NCBI GenBank assembly: GCA_001643675.2
Contig: LSRY02000018.1
Span: forward strand, 248,001 to 312,000
Direction: 5' to 3'
From: Monocercomonoides exilis PA203
Taxonomy: Eukaryota; Protista; Preaxostyla
Length of the DNA: 64,000 nucleotides
Part shown: piece by piece, positions 1 through 13,571 of the stretch
Position numbering within the stretch: the first letter of the stretch is position 1
Layout of the letters: the number at the start of each line of letters is the position of its first letter
The notes under the pieces: model-generated
Databases searched by the model: none
What the model was told of the DNA's origin: nothing
What the model saw: only the letters and a program-made list of their open reading frames with translations
Program-made: the position numbers and the translations under genes

Positions 1-372
1 TTGTTTATGCTGTTTTGGCATTTGTAATCTCTTTATTTAATTAATGCCTCTTTTTTAATTTTTTTTTAAATGTTATGTTAAATTTTATTTCGTGACACAT
101 TGAACCTAGGCGCTTCAATAGTTTTTATTTTTTCATAAAACACCCAACTTTTTTAGATGTAAATATTGGAGAATTATTATGAATTATGAAAATATTTTTT
201 AAAAAGGAAAAAATTTGAAAAACAAAAGAGAAGAAGAAGAAAAATAACGATAAGATTTTCAAGGAAAGAAATTCGTTTTCCCTCATTTCTTAACCTCTCT
301 AAAAGAAAGATGAAATAGATCTTATGATGGGATATTCTTCGAATAAAAATTTTCTCTTCCATTTTTAACTTC

Positions 373-1484
373 ATGTTTAAAAATGAATTAAAAGAAAATA
401 CATTGCCTAGTTCTTTTATGAGTTTGCATGTGCTCTTTGTTTCAGAAATCTTGTTGAAATCGTTCTATTTCTATGATATTTTTATAACATAAAAATATTA
501 CACTCCAACTTAATTGTTTCTAACATTGATGAATTTAAACTGTTCATAGTTAGCTCTCAATCCAAACAGGATTTTTTTACAGAATCAATCAAAACTCTTC
601 TCAAAATGATTAACAGCACAAACGGAAGAAACAAGGAATTGGAAAAGCAAAGCATTTTTGAACGAATTTCAAACGAACATCATCCAGAATCCTTTGAACA
701 TCCAACATCACCAAATGAAAAAACATTGTTATTACTGCTCGAGAAAACCACTGATGCTTTGATGAGAGAAAAGCAGAAAAATTTGCAATTGCGCATAAAA
801 ATCGCAGAACTTCAGAGAGAAAATTCATTGCTTAAGCAATTAAAGGAATCACAAAAATATGGAGATGCTTCAAGCGAAGCATGCATGGATGTTCATTTTC
901 ATGAAACTACCAATCAACAATTGAACAATGTTTCATCACAAAGATTTCAATTCAAATCTTCGTCTTCAACAGAACAATGTGATCAAACTAAGATGGCTAT
1001 TTCCAGCCAACCATATGTTCATTCACCTCATCTACCTCAAAAAGCATCTTCAAAGTTTGAGTTTCATACAAATCCTGATCCTCTTCATACCCCTCCTTTA
1101 CCAATTAGCTCATTGAAAAATGAACTGAAACAAAAAACTTTTTCCCACATTAAAGCAAGCAATCCTCTTTCATCTCCAATGTCTCCCGATATACGAAAAT
1201 ACGAAAGTTCATTTCTTCGTTCACCAAAAACTTCAACATTTCATTCTCCATTAAGATCGTCCACTTCTGAAATAAGTTCAACTTCAATACAATCAAGACA
1301 TATCCATCCTTCAGTTGACTCTCCTTCTTCAATTTTGTCATCTTCACGCAAAAGTTCAATTGAAGAAAGCCCTTTCGCAACAAAAATTTCACAAAATGAA
1401 AGAAGGAAAGCACTAAAAAATGAAAGTGAAAGACTTTCGGAATATTTTGAAGAGCTAAAAGCTCACTTTCTCGATGAGACATAA
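373..1484 (+). CDS. Hypothetical protein with an N-terminal coiled coil and Ser/Pro-rich C-terminus; probable exons 373-421 and 550-1484
   Basis: 292-aa ORF 606-1484. An upstream ATG at 373, GTTTGC donor at 422 and CATAG acceptor at 549 join in frame (phase 1). No recognisable domain. Confidence 0.6.
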
Positions 1485-1654
1485 ATTAATTTATTGTTTT
1501 TGTATTTTTTATGTGCAATTAAATGCATATTACTGTGTATATTTAGTGGATTTTATTCAAAAATTTTTAAAGAAAAGATCATTTGCTTTATAATATATAT
1601 TTTGTTTGGATTGAAATCTTAAAATAATATTGTTTCAAAGGAGGATATCACCAT

Positions 1655-3896
1655 ATGAGTGCCTCCTATTCTCAAGGTATTTGTAATATTTTTTCATATC
1701 AAAAACCGATAAAAAATTCCTGTAAATATTATTTCAGATTCTGAAAGTCGTTTGCAACAAAAAGGAATTGCTTCTTCTCCAGATCACATAATGGAAATAT
1801 CTCCACCTTTATTCATCCGCCAAAATTCAAAGGTAGCATCAAGAACCAATTCTAAACCTTCAAATAGAACGATACCACAAGAAACGCCTCAATCTTCGAT
1901 TCTTTCAACTCCACATAATAGCGGAGTAGTAAACCACAAATTGAGAGAAGCAAATGATTCAAGATATGCATTGTCATTAAACAAGTCGAAATTGGAAGAA
2001 TCTGTTTCGTCTACAGTCAAAAATACACAATCATTAGATAAAACTCCTCCTGCACAAAATGAGGTGGCATTACAAAACAGCATGTCGTTGTCTTCGAGCA
2101 CGTCTTCACTTTATCAGCCATTTCCATCTCCCAACGTCCCATTAATACTGTTTGCGTCTCCAACAGCTGCACCGCTATCATCTCCATCTCCTTCTCAAAA
2201 AGTTCAGAAGCCAATTACACTATCTAAAGATGATAAAAACAAGCAAAATAGAAGTGCTGCAAAATATGCTGCATCTACAGTATTGTCATCACCTGGAGAT
2301 GGTTCATTTTCTCCGCAAGCACATTCTTTATCAGCATCATCTTCATCAAAGCTTTTATCTTCGTCAAATCTGAAAGATAGCATTTCATCAACTGATAACA
2401 TAAACACGAAAAATCCTATAACATCTAGTGCTTCTCATTCTTCCTTGGCATTTCACTCGCCATCTCCAGCAAAGAAGCAAACAACTTCACTCAATCGCCA
2501 ATCTTCTCCACTCAACGAAAAATTCCTGAAATATCCTTCAGCATTTGAGCCATCCAAAGAAATGGCTGCTTCTTCAAATTCCACCTCTCAAGCAAGAACT
2601 CTTACTGGGGCGCCTTCTTTCGCTCGCCCTGCGTTTTTGTCTCAGAAGCAACAGAAGGAAGAAGAAGAAGAAGAAGAAGAAAGAGATGTTGAAGGAAAAG
2701 AAGGAAAAGAGGGAGAAGAGAAAGATAAGCAATATAACGAAATAAAAAGCACTCGGAAAAGTAATAGAAAATGGATAGACTCAGAAAACAGCAGTTTGAG
2801 AGAAAAAACGGCAAATAAAAGAATTTCGAGCAGAACAGCAAAGGAAGAAGACGAAGAGATGATGCAAGAGATCGAAAGATTCAAAGAAAAGCAAAGAGAA
2901 CAAGAAGTAAGAAGAATGAAAGAGAGAGAGAAAGTGAAGCAGCTGGGGAAAGAGCAGCAGAAACTGAGGGAAATTGAGAGGGAACGAGAGAGATACAAAG
3001 AAATCGAAGCGGAAAAAAGGAAGAGAGAGAAAGAAGAGAGAGAAAGAGAGAGAAAGAGGAAGGAAGAGGAAGAGGAGATGCAAAGGATGGAACGACTGCA
3101 GAAAGAGGAAGAAAGAAGAGAGGAAGAAAGAAGGAGAAGAGAGAGAATTAGAGAGGAGCAGCTGAGGCAGAAGCAGGAAGAGCTCAGAAAGACTGAAGAA
3201 AGAATAGCGAAGGAGGTGGAAAAAAGACTGAAAGAAGAGAAAGAAGAGAGAGAAATGTGGAAGATTGAGAAAATCCTGAGAGAGACGAAGAAGATTGCAG
3301 ATGTGGAATTTGATAAGAGGGAAGGGAAGGAGAAGGAGAAAGAGAAAGAAGGAGAATATGAAAAAGGAGAGAAAATTGGAAGAAAAAGAAAAAATTTGTT
3401 AAATGAAGGAGAGGAAAAGAAGGATTACACAGAAGATGAAGAGATATCTGATGAAGAGATGAAACTGAAAGAGAAAAGAGATGAAGAGAGTAAGGAAGAC
3501 AAAGAAATGGAAGAAGAAAGCGAAGAAGAAGAAGAAGAAGAAGAGGAGGAGGAGAAAGAGAAAGAAGAGAAAGAAGAGAATGTGACGAAAACAATTAGCA
3601 ACATTAAACCCAACCAAGCCAAAGATAACAAAATTGATTCAATTTCAACGGAAAACCCCATTTTTCTCTCCTCAAAGCCATCTCCAAACAGAACCCAGCT
3701 TCATTCAAATCCAAACAAACTCTCAAATTCGTTCGGTTACTTGCCTCAAATCGAAGAAGATCCGCTCAAAAGCCGCTTCCGCTCGTCTCATGTGCTTCAC
3801 AGAGAGGACGAAGGGATTGTGAATGTGAATGAGAAGATGAATGAGAAGATGATGAATCCTTATTTGGAGAAGGAAAAGTATGGGGTTGAGGAGGAG

Positions 3897-3928
<32 letters not shown>

Positions 3929-4809
3929 GAAGGAAGGAAGGAAAGAAGAAGATAGTAACGAGAAAAAAATAGAAGGAAGAAAAGAAGGGATAAATGAAGA
4001 TGTTGAAGAAGAAGAGGAAGAGGAGGAAGAAGAAGAAGATACAGATAATTCGTTGAATGAGCTTTTGGGGTTGAAAAAGAATGTTACCAATCAAAAACAC
4101 AAACAAACAGAAAGTTCTTTGAAAAAAGATAAAGACAAAGAAAACTTTCCATTTACTGCCCCTGTGAATGAGCAAGAGTTATCTCAAGAATCTTCATCAT
4201 CATCATCATCATCATCATCATCTTCTTCTTCTTCTTCCTCCTCCTCATCTTCTTCTTTCCCCATCTCCTCACTCAATCTTCCCTCTGAAGATCAGCCTCT
4301 CCCTCCTCTTCTTCCTCTCCTTCCCCTCCAAAATCTTCCTCTTTCTTCTGAACCCAAAAATTCCCCTGTTCTTTCTTCTCGTTCTTTTCTTCTCCGCACA
4401 CAACCATCTTCTGCAAGATTGCTTCCATTTCACCCTACTTCACAAGCTTCCTCCTCCTCCTCTTCTTCTTCTTCTAATTCACAGTTATCAGCATCTTCAA
4501 ATTTATCTTTATCTCCTTTATCTTCTTCTTCTTCCTCTTCCTCTCTTTCTTCCTCTCCTTTATCTTCTTCCTCTTCCTCCTCTTCCTCTTCTTCTTCTTC
4601 TTCTCCCTCTTCTTCTCCGATAGCTTCACGCATTCAACCACTTCAGCTAAGCGGAGCATTCACAGCGCTCGAACGTATTCCGGAGAGCCAATCAGAAGAG
4701 AACGAAAAAGACAGAAAGAATAATGTTGAAGAGGGAATGAGAAAGAAGGAGGAAGGAAGAGAAGGAAGAGAAGGAAGAGAAAGTGAAGAAAGAGGAGAAA
4801 GAGAAAGAG

Positions 4810-4840
<31 letters not shown>

Positions 4841-5105
4841 TGGTGAATATTCAGAAGATGATTATCTGTTTGACCAGCCACAAATAAAAGCGACTCCAAA
4901 AAGAAAAGACGGGAATTTCAATTCGTTTGGCATTGAAGCTTCAAACAATGAGCAACTTGTAACTTCTTCTGCATTGGAACCCTTTTCTTCCTCTTCTCCT
5001 TCTACTGCTTCACCTCCTTCTCCTTCTTTCTTCTCCTCCTCTTCTTCCTCTTCCTCTTCTCCTTCCTCATTTTCCTCTCCTCCTCCTCCTCTTTCTTCTT
5101 TTTCT

Positions 5106-5161
<56 letters not shown>

Positions 5162-8100
5162 CTCCCCTTTCTCTCCATCCACTCAACCCACTGCCTTCTT
5201 CCCTTCTCCCAATCGGCTGCTCAATTCTCGTTCTCGTCTCCTTCGCACACAGCCTTCTTCAGCCAGACTGCTTCCTCTTCCTCTTTCTCAGTCAATTGAC
5301 AGCAAAAACAGTGAAATTGAAAAAAATAAAGAAAATTATGAAAACGATGAAAACGATGAAATTTTTGAAATTAATGAAAACATTAGGAATAATAATACGA
5401 ATAATCAAAATAAAAATAAATATAATGAAAGAAATGAAAACATTGCTGTTAACAATGAAAATCCTTTATATGCGCTGAGTGCTTTTAACTTTAACAACAC
5501 TGAAATATCCGAAGAATCGCAAATTCCACAAGAAAATCGCAATTCTCAAGCTTTTCTTTCTCATTCTGCTGATTTTGCTTTGAGTGGGTTTCCCTTTGAA
5601 GCACCAGCAGCTTCGCCTCCTCCTCCTTCGATGCAGTTTGGAGAGGAAATTGGAGAAGATGTTGTTTTGACAGAGAAGAGGAAGGAGAAGGAAGAAGGGA
5701 AGAAGAATAAGAGGAAGAATAAGAATAAGAAGAAGAAGAAGGAGAATGAAGAAGAAGGAGAAGAAGAAGAAGATGATGATGATGAATACAATTTCAGAGG
5801 AAAAGTGACACAAGGAACAAACGAAGAATGGAATAAGCTTGTGGAAAAGGAAAAATTAAATGAAAATGATGGTGAAGATGAAGAATACAAAAAAGCATTC
5901 AAATTCGAAGAAGAGGAAGAAGAAGATGAAGACGACTATTTCAAGGCAACAAAGCCATTTTCCCAGCGGTTTTCGTCTTCTCCTCCGCTTTTCTTGGCTT
6001 CCTCCACATTTCCCTCAGTCCATTCGTCAATTGCCTCTCCTCTCCACCCGCTTTCTCCCTCTGACAGCTTCGTCAAGGAAAACCAGCCAAATTCCAGTGC
6101 TTCGCATTTCCCTTCTTCTCTGAGCAGATCACAGTCGGTTGAGAATATCAAGGAAGATACGGATTCTTCAGGGCGATACGAGTCATCATCGCCTTCTGCT
6201 TCATCATCATCGTCATCATCATCATCTTCTTCTTCTTCAGCCATTTCTCCTTCTCATTCATCATCCAGTTCAAAACGTGTTTCTGATGATCTCATCTCAA
6301 TTGAAAAGCTAAAATCTTCTTCTTCTTCTTATTCCACTTCAACACCCGAAAAAAGACAACTGCAGCATTCGAGCAGTTTGCTCGATTCATCCAACTTGCC
6401 TCTTTCTTTCTCTTCATTTTCTCCTCCTCCTCCTTCTTCCTCTTCTTCCTCCTCTTCCTTTCCTTCATCAACATCTTCTTCTTCTCTTTCTCTTTCTTCT
6501 TCCTCTTCTTCTCCCTTTTCCAATCCTTCTTCTTCCTCTCCTTCCATCTCCTCCTCCTCTTCTCTCATGGACATCGCCCTCCGCCTCAGCCGCCTCCAAG
6601 TGTCAGTCAAAACTGCACAGGACAAAAGGAGAAAGGAAGAAGAAGAAAGAGATCTGATCAAACAGCAGGTGAAATCGCTGGAGCGGCAGCTGGAGGCAGA
6701 GAAAGCGGAGCAGCGGAGGCTGAGGAGAGAAAAAGAGGCAGTGGAAGCTGAGGCGAAGAGGGCGAGAGAAAGAGAACAGAAATGGATAGAGGCGAAAGTG
6801 AAGCTGGAGGAGATGATGAAGGAGGAGAAGGAGAAGCTGGCGGGGCTGACGGAGTCGGTTGAGTTGGCGAGGGAGAAGAGGAAGATGGAGGAAGAGAAGG
6901 AGAAAGGAAGAGGAAGCGGAGAAGATAAAGATGTGGATGGTGATGATGAAGATGGTTTGTATTCTTTTGATGCGCTTGATCCTGATGATGATGGGAAGAA
7001 CGGTATGAATAACAAAAAGAAAGAAAAAGAAAGAAAAAGAAAGATGTTGTCGTTGGTTTTTTTCTTTGATATTTTTAAAATCGTTTTGAAACAAACTTAT
7101 TTTTCAGAATTGCTGATGTATCAACGTATTTTTATTTAATATCCCTCATTTTTGATTTCATATCTTTATTTATTTATTTATTTATTTATTTCTCTGATAT
7201 TTCTAATTTTTCTTTCTTTCTTTCTTTCTTCTCTTCCTCCTTTTCTTTTTCAGCCTCTTTCAGCCAGCTAAAGCTCCTTCTCTCCACCCTCACCCACCAG
7301 ATCTCCGAGCAGCAGCGCCGCAAAACAGCTCAAATTGAGCGCAAAGCTGAGCTGAATCAAAAGCTGAGGCAGGTGAAAGACGAAACAATGCGAGAAACAC
7401 TGAAAAAGACGGGCTGTGAGAGAGAAAGAGAAGCTGTAGCGAAGGAGCTGGCAGCGGTGGAGGAGATGGAGAAAGAAGGAGAAGCTGAATTGAAGCGGCT
7501 GAAGGCGAAACTGGAGAGAGAAGAAGGGCTGTGCGAAAGAGAAGAGGCAGAGCTGGAGCGGTGGAAGGCGGAAGAGAAAGAGACGCAGCTGAGGATCGAA
7601 GAGCTGAAGGGGGAGATCCGAAGCCTGGAGAGAGAAGTGGAAGACAAGATGCTGGAGAAAGAGCAGGTGCAGCACGAGGTGGAATATTTGAGCGAGAAAA
7701 GCAGAGCAAACAGAGAGAAGATGAGGGAGATGAAGAGAATGCTGGACGAGGTGATGGAGGCTGCGCTGGTGGCGAAGAGGAGGAAAAGAGAAGAGGAGAG
7801 GATGGAGAGAGAAAGGAAAAGAGCAATCAGAAAGCTGGCGATGACACAGCTGGATGAGGAAGATTCGTTTGAAGAAGGAATGAAAGGAAGCGGGGAAGAG
7901 GAAGACTTCAATGGGGAAGAAAGAGGAGGAGTTGGGGGAGTGGGAGGAGGAGGTGGTGGAAGCGAACAAGGGGACTTTTATTCACAACGCCCGCAGACTC
8001 CTCCGTCTGTTCTGTCTTCTCCTTCTCCGTCTCGTTTATCTAATTCACTTTCACGCATTTCACAATCACCTTCTTACACATCTTCACCAAACCATTCCAC

Positions 8101-8767
8101 ACCTCATTTAACTTCTTCTCCTCCTTCTCCTTCCTCTCCTTCTCCTTCTCATTTTTCTTCTTCTTCTTCCATCCGCAGCCGGTTCATGTCATCACCTCGC
8201 TCTTCTGGTGCTCCCTTTGCCACAGACAGCGACGACACATATCAGTGGGGCTGGAGCCCCTCTCACGGGATTGTGCATCAGACTTCTCAGCCTTCTCTTT
8301 CTTCCTCTTTCTATTCCTCTTCTTCCTCTTCTTCATCTTCTTCCTCTTCCTCTTCCTCTTCCTCTTCTCTGATGTCTCCTCTTCGCACGTCACTAACTTT
8401 ACCCCAGCCTCCCTCTCAGTCTCAATCACACACTCTTCAATCACCTTTGAGCTCTTCCTCTTTCTATTCCTCTTCTTCCTCTTCTTCCTCTTCTTCCTCT
8501 TCTTCCTCTTCTTCCTCTTCTTCCTCTTCTTCCTCTTCTTCCTCTTCTCCTCTTTCTCCTTCTGCCGCCTCTGCTCTTTCGTCTTCTCTGACAAACAGAC
8601 TGCAGCAGAGGGCGCTGCTGATGGCAGAGCTGACGAGAGTGGAAGGAAGCAGGACGGCGAGGGCGATGCAGAAGCGGCATGCGGAAGAGATTGAGAGGCA
8701 AATAGGAGAGCTGGACAAGGAGATTGAGGCGCTGAAGAGAGAAGAGAAAATAGGGAGGAGGAGGTGA
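1655..8767 (+). CDS. Very large low-complexity protein (poly-Glu, poly-Ser, E/K/R coiled coils); exons 1655-1676, 1738-6954, 7254-8767
   Basis: ORFs 1752-7139 and 7373-8767 are joined by a phase-1 intron 6955-7253 (GTTTGT...TTTCAG). First intron 1677-1737 (GTATTT...TTTCAG) puts ATG 1655 in frame. Confidence 0.75.
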
Positions 8768-9572
8768 TTGGTGTTGCAGGATTGTTTGATTGTTTGATTG
8801 TTGATTCACACATAAACAAACAAACAAACAAACAAAACAAAACAAAGCAAAATAAAATAAAATAAAATAAATAAATAATGATAATAATTGAATCGAAAAA
8901 GTTAGAATAATTTTTCTTTTATCATTTCTATATTTTTGAAAAATGCGTTTTAGATTTTCATTTCTTTGTTGCAACGTGTTGTATTTTCGAAAATGTGTTT
9001 TTATTGAAACATTCGTTCTGACAAAAAGAAAAAGAAAAATAACAGAATTTTTCTCAATAATGAAGTATTGCTCATTAATGGAAATTGGTTCAGAAATTTT
9101 GATGTAAAATTTAATAGGGAGGAACAATAATCGAAATAATTTTACGTTTTTCACAAAAAAGTGTATTAAAGATATTTTATTGACCTCACTACAGACTCAA
9201 AAGAGATAAAAAACGAGATAACTGCTTTTCTGGCAGAGTTGAAAGGATCCTCTTCCAATACTGGTTTGTTACAAAGTGAAACTGGAGATTATATGTTTGT
9301 AATAAAATTAAAAAAATATTTAAAATGAATTTATCTCTTTAAGCATTTCAAATAAAATTAAAAAATAATATTGTTTCTTCAACGATACCTTCTCATAAAT
9401 ATGAAAATCAGATATTTATCGATAATTAGAAGAATACAGAATGCTTTTTGAGAATAAAAATTTTTTGTTTCGTAAAAGAAAAGATTTACTGATCATATTA
9501 TCCCACAAATGATTTTCGAATTGATCGATAGAAAATTTAAATTTATATATTATTGGTTCTGACAACGATAAT

Positions 9573-10351
9573 ATGCATGCTGAAAAAGTTTGATGAACAA
9601 AATCATCATGTTTATTTTATTATTATCATTCTCAATTTCTGCTGAATTTTTAAAAATTGACAAACTTTCTGCTTATATTTTGCAGGATGTTAAATGCATC
9701 GTTCTTGGAGATGGTGAAGTTGGAAAGTGTTGCATGCTTATGTCTTACACGCAAAATAAATTTCCAGATGACTATGCACCAACTGTTTTTGATAACTATG
9801 AATCTCTACAAGTTGTAGATGGAAAGACAGTTCACCTTCAACTTTGGGATGTTGCTGGACAAGAGGAATACGACAGATTAAGATCTCTCAGCTTCCCAGA
9901 TACTGAAGTGTTTCTTATTTGCTTTTCAATTTCTGATCCTGCTTCTTTTCAAAACGTTGAAGTGAAGGTATTAAATATTTTATTTTTAAAGATAAAATAA
10001 TTTTTTTCTGATTGTAATTTCAGTGGATTCCTTTAATAAAAGATTTTATTGAAGGAGTTCCGATTGTTCTAGTGGGAACAAAGGCAGATTTGCGAGAATC
10101 GCCTCCCGAGTACGTTAAGTTGGTTCAAAAGGAAGATGTTTGCTTTCTTTCTTTATTTTTTGTTTGCTATCTTTTTCTTATTCATAATTTAGGCTGAGCA
10201 AATGGTTAAACGCTTAGGATTAACAGCATATGTTGAATGCTCTGCAAAAACACAAAATCTGTCAGAAGTATTTGAAACAACTGCTCGCTTAGCTCTTCAA
10301 TATGATCATCCAAAAGAAACAAAGGAGAGTGGCTGCTGCACAATATTTTAA
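9573..10351 (+). CDS. Rho-family (Rac/Cdc42-like) small GTPase; exons 9573-9587, 9686-9967, 10024-10137, 10193-10351
   Basis: G1 GDGEVGKC, effector loop [10 protein letters not shown]3 [17 protein letters not shown]4 VGTKADLR, G5 ECSAK, C-terminal CCTIF then TAA (CaaX). Three GT-AG introns keep the frame. Confidence 0.95.
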
Positions 10352-10779
10352 AGAACACTCTTCATTTATTCTTTATTTTTAAAAACTTTGAAATTAGTTA
10401 AAACTTTTTTGATTTTGTTAAATACAAATTCATTTAGGGTCAGTAATTTATCGGGAATTTTTTTTAACAGTGCCTAAATTTTTAAATAAAAAATTAAAAC
10501 TCCCACTTTTTATATATTTATAAACATTATAAGTATATGGGTGATTCTTTTTGAAAAGTCGCAAATGTTTAATTTTCAAATAAATCTGAAATTTCATATT
10601 TTGCTCAATTTTCTGTTTCCACTCGCGAATCTCCTAGCGTAGTGTTTTTTATTCAAAACGATTCAATAATTCATAATGATCTTATTCTATCATTTATTTT
10701 GTGATATTTATTTATTTTATTCTTTTTTCCATTTCTCTTTTTTGAAGTGAAAAAATAAAACTTGGACTTGTTAACCATT

Positions 10780-11868
10780 TGAAAAGAACTTCATATTCTC
10801 CTGTCCTGATCCCTTCTGGATACTTAGGGTCTTATGTGACATCAGAAACATACGGATTTGAAACCAAGATTTCTGGATTGATTGGGAACAATCCGGTTGT
10901 CCTGAATGCGTTCTCCTTGTTAAGGAATGATGTTTCAGACTTTTCTGCATTAATTGCGTACTCAACGATTATTTTTCTTCTGTCAGAGGCTTTCATTTTT
11001 TGACCATCATTGTGCTCCTCCACCCATTTAATTTTTCTTCTCCTCATCAGCTTTCTGAATGCGTTTCGAAGAGGACAAGCAATTCCAACATCAAAAGGTT
11101 GCGTTATGTGAGTCATATTACCAGGAAGAGTGAAAACGAAAATATAATATTTTGCATATAAAACCAAAGCCGAAGAGCAAAGACGAGATGGATGACCATC
11201 AAGAATTAAAAAAACAGGAGAATTGTGTGGAATAACTCCAAGCGACCTGCAAATTGTTACCCATGAGCAGAAATGAACGGTATAACAGTGGAAAGCATTT
11301 CTGTCCATCCGTCCTGATGCATTGACGTGGATTTCGCATGAACCTGCTTTTTTGTACTCCAAAAGTTCAGGATGAACCGTTTTCAATGCAGAAATGATGA
11401 TAAATGGTGGAGGCACTATGCAAGATGGTCCAATGGTGTTCATAATTGATATGTGATTAAAAGAGTGATCTTCTGTGGAAGCAGGTGTTCATATTGCTTC
11501 GGAAGGCACGATTAATTTTTGTGAAGAACAAAAATCAGCATTCCATTCGTCTGCGTTAAATATATTAAGCTTGTTGACAGATGGCTTGATATCTTTGTTG
11601 AACACAAAATTGAACCATGCTCTGATGTTTGACAAAAATGCTGAGTTCAATAAAGCTTGTGTAATATTTGACGGAGAGAGCACTTTCTGCTTGTGCTTTG
11701 AAATGAATCCAGACACATATGCTGGAGAAGGTGGCACAAGTTGTTAATCAAAATGCTTGATAACAGGACAAAGTCCAAAGTGAAATGCCATCCTTTATAA
11801 TTTCAGATTTTGCCTTTGCATTTCAGAAAAAATGATTTCACTTTATTCTTGTGTTGTTATTCCTGCAT
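10780..11868 (-). pseudogene. DDE_1 (pogo/Tc5/CENP-B-like) transposase pseudogene, 3' part
   Basis: IFNADEW (11489-11737 ORF), then LILDGHPSR, LPGNMTHITQPFDVGIACPLR and NAFRTTGLFPINP (10832-11443 ORF). Stops and frameshifts between segments. Confidence 0.85.
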
Positions 11869-12345
11869 GGGTGTTACTGCGTCCCTTTTGCATTTCTTGT
11901 TTTTAACGATTAATTTTGAGATGTTTGAAAAGCAAATGTTATTAAAAAAACTTTTGTATGGACCGATTTTTCGCGAAAAATTTTGTTTCTCGTGAAAAAA
12001 CTATTTTTAAAAATGACCCATAAATATGAGTATTTTTTCAGAATATAAATAAAATAAGATAATTACGAAATAAAAAGTGGATAAAAGGTCATTAATTATT
12101 ATATTGTCCTGTTTTAATAATAAAAATTTGAAAAATAAAATATGAAAAAAATAAATTAAAAATTTAAATATTTTGATCAATCCCACAATTAAATTTTTAA
12201 TATCCAAAAAATAAGAATTTTCTTTTCCTCATCATGCAATGAACACACGTTTATGACCGTTAGAAAAATATAATGTTTAAATATTTTAATAAAGTGTGCA
12301 ATGAAAGATTATTAATATTTCATTTTATCCTTTATGAATATTGAT
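11869..12345 (+). repeat. Left TIR arm
   Basis: Reverse complement of 15736-16212; the identical mirrored ORFs 12007-12207(-) and 15874-16074(+) confirm this. Confidence 0.95.
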
Positions 12346-12548
12346 TTAGATTTAAAAGCTGATCATTTTTGTTCAGTGGATGGACACTCTTATTAAAACA
12401 CGTTGACAACGAATAAAGAAGCACTATCAAAGTGTTTGAAACATTCTTTATAATTATAAACATTGTCATATTTTTTTTGACAAAGCGCATATAATTTCAT
12501 TTATTAACTTCTGAAATAAAATGGATGTTAAATGATTAGCATTAATCA

Positions 12549-13571
12549 ATGCAACAACATAAATGCGTATGGAGGAATGGTGTATTTTCGACAATAGAGA
12601 TCGTGAAGTTTTGGTTTATATCTATTGAAGAAAAGTTCAATGCCACAACAGCAACAGTTGGAAATGAATTTTTTGTTGAATGTTTCAACATCTCGTCCCA
12701 GATCAACGAAAACCAATTCCAGTTTGATCTTCGAGAAGGTCATTTCAATCGAGATAATGCAATATATGGAAGAGATGAGTGTGAATATAAGGATGATACA
12801 AATCTGATTGAATTTGTGACTATCCATCAGAGTGACACAATCATTGTGAGCAATGTTAATGGATCAGATGAGAGGCAATGTGGAACAAACACACTTCCAT
12901 GTGATTCAATTGATTATGGACTGATGCACCTGACTTCAGAGCTGATAAGTCAAATACTCGTTGTTGAAGGGAGTGTGATTGGAAGAGAAATGAATCTGGA
13001 GGAAATGAGTTTGAGTTCAAAGAGCAGAGAAGTTTGCAAAGTTGAAGTGAAATCAGTGATTAAAGAAACAAAGGATGCTTTGATAACAACAAGCGGAACA
13101 GTCTCATTGGTGAGAGTGAATTTTGTATTTGAATCAGATTTCATCTCTTCACACGAATCACTGATATCACCAGAAGGAGGGATTCTTGAAGTGATGAATT
13201 GTTCATTCTCCTCAAAACAATCGAATGAAGAACGAAATATAGAATTAGCAAACATTCCATTTCACATAATAAACATGGAAAAAGGAGAATTACAACTTGA
13301 TGGATGCACAATATCAAATCTCATTCTTCAAAAATCTTCAATATATCTTTCATCTTCTTTTCCATCAGTGATTTATTTATTAACGATTAGCAATTCAATA
13401 ATTAAAACTTCTCTGATAGATATTAATGAATGTGGACAATTGAAAACTGATAGACTGCTTGCTGAAAATATCTCATTTGAGGGAAATGAAGAATCATTGA
13501 TATCTTGCTTATTAAAGAAAAAACAAATGCAATACGCGATCAAAAAATGCTCAGATACTTTGAAAAATTAG
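12549..13571 (+). pseudogene. Fragment of the expanded Cys/Gly-rich repeat (putative beta-helix surface) protein family
   Basis: Motifs VGNEFFVEC, GRDECEYKDDTNL, GSDERQCGTNTLPCDSIDYG, VMNCSF. Truncated at both ends, inside the TIR element. Confidence 0.7.

Noticed and set aside
2600-9154. Many antisense and alternative-frame ORFs rich in Leu/Phe/Ser or Arg/Lys
   Set aside because: Shadow ORFs of GAA/TCT low-complexity tracts that lack stop codons.
9590-9685. Apparent signal peptide on the Rac ORF ([15 protein letters not shown])
   Set aside because: This is translated intron 1 (GTTTGA at 9588 to TTGCAG at 9685).
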